From: an uncultured Spirochaetia bacterium
GTDB taxonomy: Bacteria > Spirochaetota > JAHITG01 > CAZBCL01
Assembly: GCA_964490645.1 (NCBI GenBank)
Contig: CAZBCL010000001.1
Location: 7,659 to 71,658, forward strand
Length of the DNA stretch: 64,000 nucleotides
Direction: 5' to 3'
Positions 59,502 through 64,000 of the stretch are shown piece by piece. The position numbers were made by a program, and so were the translations under genes. Positions within the stretch are counted from its first letter, which is position 1. Each line of letters begins with the position of its first letter. The notes under the pieces are model-generated. The model saw only the letters and a list, made by a program, of their open reading frames with translations. It was not told the origin of the DNA and searched no databases.

Positions 59502-62489
59502 TCAGGGTAAAAAATCATTTACCGTAAGAGTAAAATAATACGAATTTTCAGTTTTCCCGGCAGGTTTGAATCCTTTTGTTTTATTCAATACCATTACAAT
59601 TCCCGGTCCGATACAATTATATACATCCTGATCATAATCAACCCGCACTGACACCATTGCCAATTTTTTATCCTTTGCCTGCAGCGGTATTTGTACTTTG
59701 CGAATACTATACGAACTACCCGGCTCGCTGACGGCAATACTGGTATTATTAAATTCCATATACCCATTCTCAAATCCAAATTCCCCTGAAAATGAATAAT
59801 TAATAATATGCTCCAGCATCAAACAGTCCAGAATATTTTTTGAAAACGGCAGTTTACTTCCTTCAATTGATTGAATCATTGCCCGCTGAAAAAAAGTATT
59901 GCGAAGTTCTCTTCCTGATGTTGATTTAAAAGAACCGCTGCCTTTCAGATTACGTGCCATTGCATCAGGATGCAGTCCCCATCCCTCAAGCGCAACTTCA
60001 AAATCAATAATACAGGTTGCTTTCTCATGTTCAACGTGTTTGTATCCTTCGTATAACGAATCAAGATTTACTTTTTTTGCTTCAAAGCTCATAGTATATG
60101 AAGGATCGGCTGCATTCAAATCAATGCGTGTCTTCCCATATACCGTACCGCCATGAAACATTCCGTTTAAATTGTTTATTGCAATAGTCCCTTTCTCCAT
60201 CGCAATGTCAGCAGAATAATCATCCAGTGACATTTTATTAAATCCGATCTGAGACCCGTTTAACGAACCATGCACAACAAGATTTTTAAAAATATCATCA
60301 GACGCCTCACCACGCGTTGAACCCGACAAGGTAAAGTTCAAATCCCCTTTCATCACTGAACGCAATGACGCCTCATAACCGCTGACTAAATCGCTCAGAC
60401 GGCAGCGCGATCCGGTAATGGTAAAGTCATATGCCGGCAGAATCTGATTTAAATCAAGATGAAAAGAACCGTTTATCGGACCGCGGCAAAAACGAGCGTT
60501 TATACGCTCCGCAGATATTATTTTCTTTCGCACGGTTATATTCGCTGTAAAGTCCTTAAAAGTCAGCTGATTAATGTGTACCTCTGATTTTTGTATATCA
60601 ATCTTAGCTGTTAATCTGCTTATACTATCATCATCATTCGGATGCAGTGTTATATGCACCGACCCATTAACGACACCATCTATTCCGCTGTCTGTATCAT
60701 TCAACACGTTCAATAATGGTTTGAGGTGTATGCCTTTCATTGTTCCGTTTATTTGCAATTCCGGTTCATTATCGGAATATGGAAACTGCAATGCAGCGGT
60801 TAACGACCCGTTGTATGCTTTGCCGAAAAAACGAGTAACATGCACTGAATGCGAAGTAATCTGAACCTTTCCATCAATCGCATGAAAGGTCTGATGCTGA
60901 TATACTGCTGCAGGAGCACGAACGGCTGCAGTAATTTTCCATGCACCGCCGCTGTTTCCGGTTTCTGTTTTTTTCTTCTTTCCTTCCTGAGTATTTGGCA
61001 AAGGAATAAAATTTTCAACAATAACAGAATCATGCGCGCGAATATCAGCATAAATATTCAAAGCGGTAATTTTCGGTATACGTACAGTACAGTGATACTG
61101 AGCAGCACCATACCATACCGGCAATGCATTCAGGATAATTGATTGTCCATTAAAACTCACGGTACTTTTTCCGAGAATAAATGCATTGGTAAAACCGTCA
61201 ATGCGTACAGTCCCTTTTTGAAAAGCAAACCTGCCGGTTAGAGAAATATGTTCCATATCTCCCAATGGCACCCTGCCTGATACATCCAATGAACCGGGTA
61301 TGCTCAGCGCAACACCGCTCCCGCTTACGGGGATAATATCCTTTAAATTAAGTTCAGGACATTGAAGAGTAAATTGAATGGACTGTTCCTGAACATCATC
61401 CACTGCCGCAGTAAAGGTAACAGGAATAGTGCGATACTGTAAATTGGATGACATTAAATACGCCGTATTAGAACGACGATCAAACTGTCCTTGTAATGTT
61501 CCGTTAAATAACGCTTTACTGGTAATAGTTCCATTTAGATCAAACACCTGTAAATCCGATGACTGTAATGAAAGAACACTATTAACCGGAAGATTATTTA
61601 TCACCCCTGTTGTATTTGCCGTTGCAGTAAGATTATTCTGCCGTGCATCAAAAATACCGGTAATATCAGTTGTAAGATATGATTTCGATCCGCCGCCGTA
61701 ATCCGTTTTATCCGCGCCTAAATGTATTTTAAACCGCAGCGGCAACATTGTTGCACGCCCGAGTGTCAGTTTATAAACCTCAATATCCCCGCTGATAACC
61801 GTTGGCACGCGTGACCCTTTTGTCATATCAAGATATGCAACACGCGCATCATTGAATATAAGTTTATTAATAAACCCTCGCATGATAACGGAAGGAAGTT
61901 TATTCCCCTGTGCAGTAATATTTGTTTCCGAATTCGCACGGGCAATAACGGATTGTATATTTATTGTTCCGTCAGCAGTTTTAATTATATTCACCATGGG
62001 ACGAATCAACTGCACTTTTTGTAAAGCAGCGCCATGCAAGAGAATGGTTATAATGTTATAGCGAATAATAATTTTACCGCAGGAAAGTATAATCGTATTT
62101 GATGATTTTACCGAATCATAAACAACAACATTGGATAATTGTATACCGCTAAGCACACTATACTGCAAACCGGCACATTCAATCGGCAGGTTTGTTGCAT
62201 CCTCCGCCGCATGTACCAATACCGTACGTAGTGTATCGGGGGTAATAATGAGTGGTGGAACAATATGAATAAAAAGAGCGGCAAATGTGCAAATAATTAA
62301 AAACGTAATCCATGCCGGCAGCTTTGTGTGTTTTTTCGATAGTGAAGAGTTCTTACGAGTAGTTTTGTTACGCTTCGGTTTCGTCGGTATAGTATGGGAT
62401 CCGCTCAATAAGCGATTAAAACGACGGCGGACTTTCCGCACGCGTTCCTGATGTCGGACATGCCGATTATTTTCGTGAGGAAGCCTCAC
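59502..62489 (-). CDS. large membrane-anchored AsmA/TamB-like protein
   Basis: 995 aa. Basic N-terminus, a single TM (LPAWITFLIICTFAALFIHIV), then a long beta-rich periplasmic region. Assignment by architecture only. Confidence 0.35.
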   Translation of the reverse strand: MRLPHENNRHVRHQERVRKVRRRFNRLLSGSHTIPTKPKRNKTTRKNSSLSKKHTKLPAWITFLIICTFAALFIHIVPPLIITPDTLRTVLVHAAEDATNLPIECAGLQYSVLSGIQLSNVVVYDSVKSSNTIILSCGKIIIRYNIITILLHGAALQKVQLIRPMVNIIKTADGTINIQSVIARANSETNITAQGNKLPSVIMRGFINKLIFNDARVAYLDMTKGSRVPTVISGDIEVYKLTLGRATMLPLRFKIHLGADKTDYGGGSKSYLTTDITGIFDARQNNLTATANTTGVINNLPVNSVLSLQSSDLQVFDLNGTITSKALFNGTLQGQFDRRSNTAYLMSSNLQYRTIPVTFTAAVDDVQEQSIQFTLQCPELNLKDIIPVSGSGVALSIPGSLDVSGRVPLGDMEHISLTGRFAFQKGTVRIDGFTNAFILGKSTVSFNGQSIILNALPVWYGAAQYHCTVRIPKITALNIYADIRAHDSVIVENFIPLPNTQEGKKKKTETGNSGGAWKITAAVRAPAAVYQHQTFHAIDGKVQITSHSVHVTRFFGKAYNGSLTAALQFPYSDNEPELQINGTMKGIHLKPLLNVLNDTDSGIDGVVNGSVHITLHPNDDDSISRLTAKIDIQKSEVHINQLTFKDFTANITVRKKIISAERINARFCRGPINGSFHLDLNQILPAYDFTITGSRCRLSDLVSGYEASLRSVMKGDLNFTLSGSTRGEASDDIFKNLVVHGSLNGSQIGFNKMSLDDYSADIAMEKGTIAINNLNGMFHGGTVYGKTRIDLNAADPSYTMSFEAKKVNLDSLYEGYKHVEHEKATCIIDFEVALEGWGLHPDAMARNLKGSGSFKSTSGRELRNTFFQRAMIQSIEGSKLPFSKNILDCLMLEHIINYSFSGEFGFENGYMEFNNTSIAVSEPGSSYSIRKVQIPLQAKDKKLAMVSVRVDYDQDVYNCIGPGIVMVLNKTKGFKPAGKTENSYYFTLTVNDFLP

Positions 62490-63693
62490 GCTTGCGTTCC
62501 ATTTCTTCCATTTTTACAAAATACTGAGCCTGCTTTTCCAGTTCTTCTAAATCATCAACATGCAGTTTTTCACTGACAATACGAAACTTGTTATTTTCCA
62601 GCAGTTTACGAATCAGCATTTCTCCCTTTTCAATAGACAATCCGACCATTTTTATCAGTTCTTTTGCCCCGAATTCAAATGTATACTGCTTACGATGCTC
62701 AATGGTAATACGATTTTTTAATACCTGTGTCAGCAGCGTATCATAAATACGCCCGAGCGGGTCACGCATCATAATATTTGAAAGTTGTTTATGGGCTATC
62801 CAAATACGTTCAGACAGCAATTGAATAAGCCGTGTTGCTATTTGCGGTTTACTGATAACCATTTGCTCAAAGTTAGAACGGTTAACCGTCAACATAACTA
62901 CATCACCATAGGCAATTGCTGATGCGGAACGCGGTTTATTATCAAGCAGTGCCATTTCACCAAAAATATCTCCCGGCTGCAGTACCGCCAGCATTATTTC
63001 ATTATCATTGATAACTTTTGTTATTTTCACTTTCCCCTGTTGAATAATATACAGTTCATTACCGGGTTCATGTTCTGAAAATATCATATCATCATTTGCA
63101 TATGAACGATTCATACCGGCATTTTGCGGATCAACAATCGGAGTCTCCGGAGCATTCAATGCCTGCAGGCGCATCTTTGAAGCGGAAATATTATTGCCGG
63201 ACGAATTATGCTGAATATATTTCTGATAACAATATGCAGCATGCTGAAAATTCTTTTTCTTAAAATAAAACTCCCCTAAATCAAAAAGTCGCATCGGATG
63301 TTCAAAAACCTCATCCTGAAATGATAGACGCGCTATTGATTGATCATAATAGCGAAGTTTTACACTAAATTGTTTAATTATTTTCATAGCAACCGGTGCG
63401 TTTTTTTGAATAAGATCACCAAATTGCTCACGTAAAATCGAAATCAATGAGACATCGGAAAGCGCCATAACTGTTTCAATGCGCGGATGCTGACTCATAC
63501 AGGAAACAACACCAAAAAAATCTCCGGGACCTAAGCGTGAAGCAGAATGATCATCAACAATACTCCGTTCACGACTTAGCTGAACATGACCCTGCCGAAT
63601 AATATAAAAATTACGGGAATTCTTTTTCCCTTCAATAACAATATATGAACCGGCTTTATAATTTTCAGAACCGAGTTGCAGTCCCATGTACAC
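62467..63693 (-). CDS. tandem cyclic-nucleotide-binding-domain protein
   Basis: Two cNMP-binding (Crp-effector-like) domains (…RLGPGDFFGVVSCM…; …LQPGDIFGEMALLDNKPRSASAIA…) separated by a TPR-like linker. 408 aa. Confidence 0.65.
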   Translation of the reverse strand: MYMGLQLGSENYKAGSYIVIEGKKNSRNFYIIRQGHVQLSRERSIVDDHSASRLGPGDFFGVVSCMSQHPRIETVMALSDVSLISILREQFGDLIQKNAPVAMKIIKQFSVKLRYYDQSIARLSFQDEVFEHPMRLFDLGEFYFKKKNFQHAAYCYQKYIQHNSSGNNISASKMRLQALNAPETPIVDPQNAGMNRSYANDDMIFSEHEPGNELYIIQQGKVKITKVINDNEIMLAVLQPGDIFGEMALLDNKPRSASAIAYGDVVMLTVNRSNFEQMVISKPQIATRLIQLLSERIWIAHKQLSNIMMRDPLGRIYDTLLTQVLKNRITIEHRKQYTFEFGAKELIKMVGLSIEKGEMLIRKLLENNKFRIVSEKLHVDDLEELEKQAQYFVKMEEMERKREASSRK

Positions 63694-63806
63694 TCCTACT
63701 TAATATAACCGCTGACAATACAAAGTATCTCTAATTTCAATACTGGTACATTCTGTATTATTACCCGTATACTTAAAATCCATTGTATCCATGGATAATG
63801 AAAAAA

Positions 63807-64000
63807 TCAATGCTTTTTTTTATAAAGACAGCGTTTTAATGAAGTACGATACGGCGCATATACAATACCCTTTTCGGTAATAATCCCATGAATGAGCTTT
63901 GCCGGTGTAACATCGAACGCCGGATTATATACCGCTACGTTTTTCGGTGCCGTAAATCTTCCTGAAAACTTTCTCACTTCATCAGGATGACGCTCTTCAA
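63807..64000 (-). CDS. mtnA: S-methyl-5-thioribose-1-phosphate isomerase / eIF-2B family protein, C-terminal fragment (N-terminus beyond window end)
   Basis: Minus-strand frame open from 63998 to a TGA stop at 63809..63807. It encodes …[30 protein letters not shown]…, matching the conserved MtnA/eIF2B C-terminus (NPAFDVTPA…IITE.G). Confidence 0.55.
   Translation of the reverse strand, partial: EERHPDEVRKFSGRFTAPKNVAVYNPAFDVTPAKLIHGIITEKGIVYAPYRTSLKRCLYKKKH

Noticed and set aside
1-64000. CRISPR arrays, tRNA and rRNA genes, prophage/integrase signals
   Set aside because: I scanned intergenic regions for regularly spaced repeats, T-loop (GTTCGA/GTTCAA)-type tRNA signatures and phage-like genes. 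None was found convincingly.

Overview
The window is a roughly 40% GC bacterial chromosomal segment. It carries type IX secretion hallmarks (a small protein ending in a T9SS-type C-terminal sorting domain, next to a PorP/SprF-like outer-membrane barrel), which points to the FCB group or a relative. No rRNA, tRNA, CRISPR array, transposase or integrase was found.

Housekeeping content:
- a zinc ABC importer (znuA, znuC, znuB)
- trxB
- rhomboid protease
- thyX
- yebC, then ruvC-ruvA-ruvB with ATGA overlaps
- rpsU with a bidirectional terminator
- an RNase P RNA gene (rnpB, type A) in the 780-bp gap at 42.4-43.2 kb, where the ORF track shows only spurious ORFs
- an exbB-exbD-exbD-tonB operon followed by two tandem, near-duplicate TonB-dependent receptors
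- a TetR, MMPL/RND exporter, LolA-like lipoprotein and outer-membrane barrel module with a 15-bp perfect inverted repeat upstream of tetR

The most interesting part is a long, tightly packed gene string from about 38 kb to 58.7 kb that looks like an undescribed membrane-lipid or glycolipid biosynthesis and export locus. It contains:
- two polyprenyl-phosphate-type GT2 glycosyltransferases
- a secreted repeat/TPR protein
- an MsbA-like ABC exporter with a large periplasmic insertion
- an SDR epimerase with His replacing the catalytic Tyr
- a PHP phosphoesterase
- a GT4 glycosyltransferase
- two B12-binding (class B) radical SAM enzymes, one with a Cx23Cx2C cluster motif
- a 687-aa polytopic membrane protein
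- an MprF-TM/flippase-like protein
- a 400-aa GNAT-like protein
- a serine-palmitoyltransferase-like alpha-oxoamine synthase
- an archaeal-type aroA'/aroB' pair (DhnA-type aldolase plus 3-dehydroquinate synthase II)

Other notable items:
- two copies of a roughly 275-bp direct repeat carrying a conserved small ORF, flanking a secreted-protein gene
- a stand-alone NFACT-R (DUF814) protein
- a degenerate receiver domain
- a CTD-only T9SS protein
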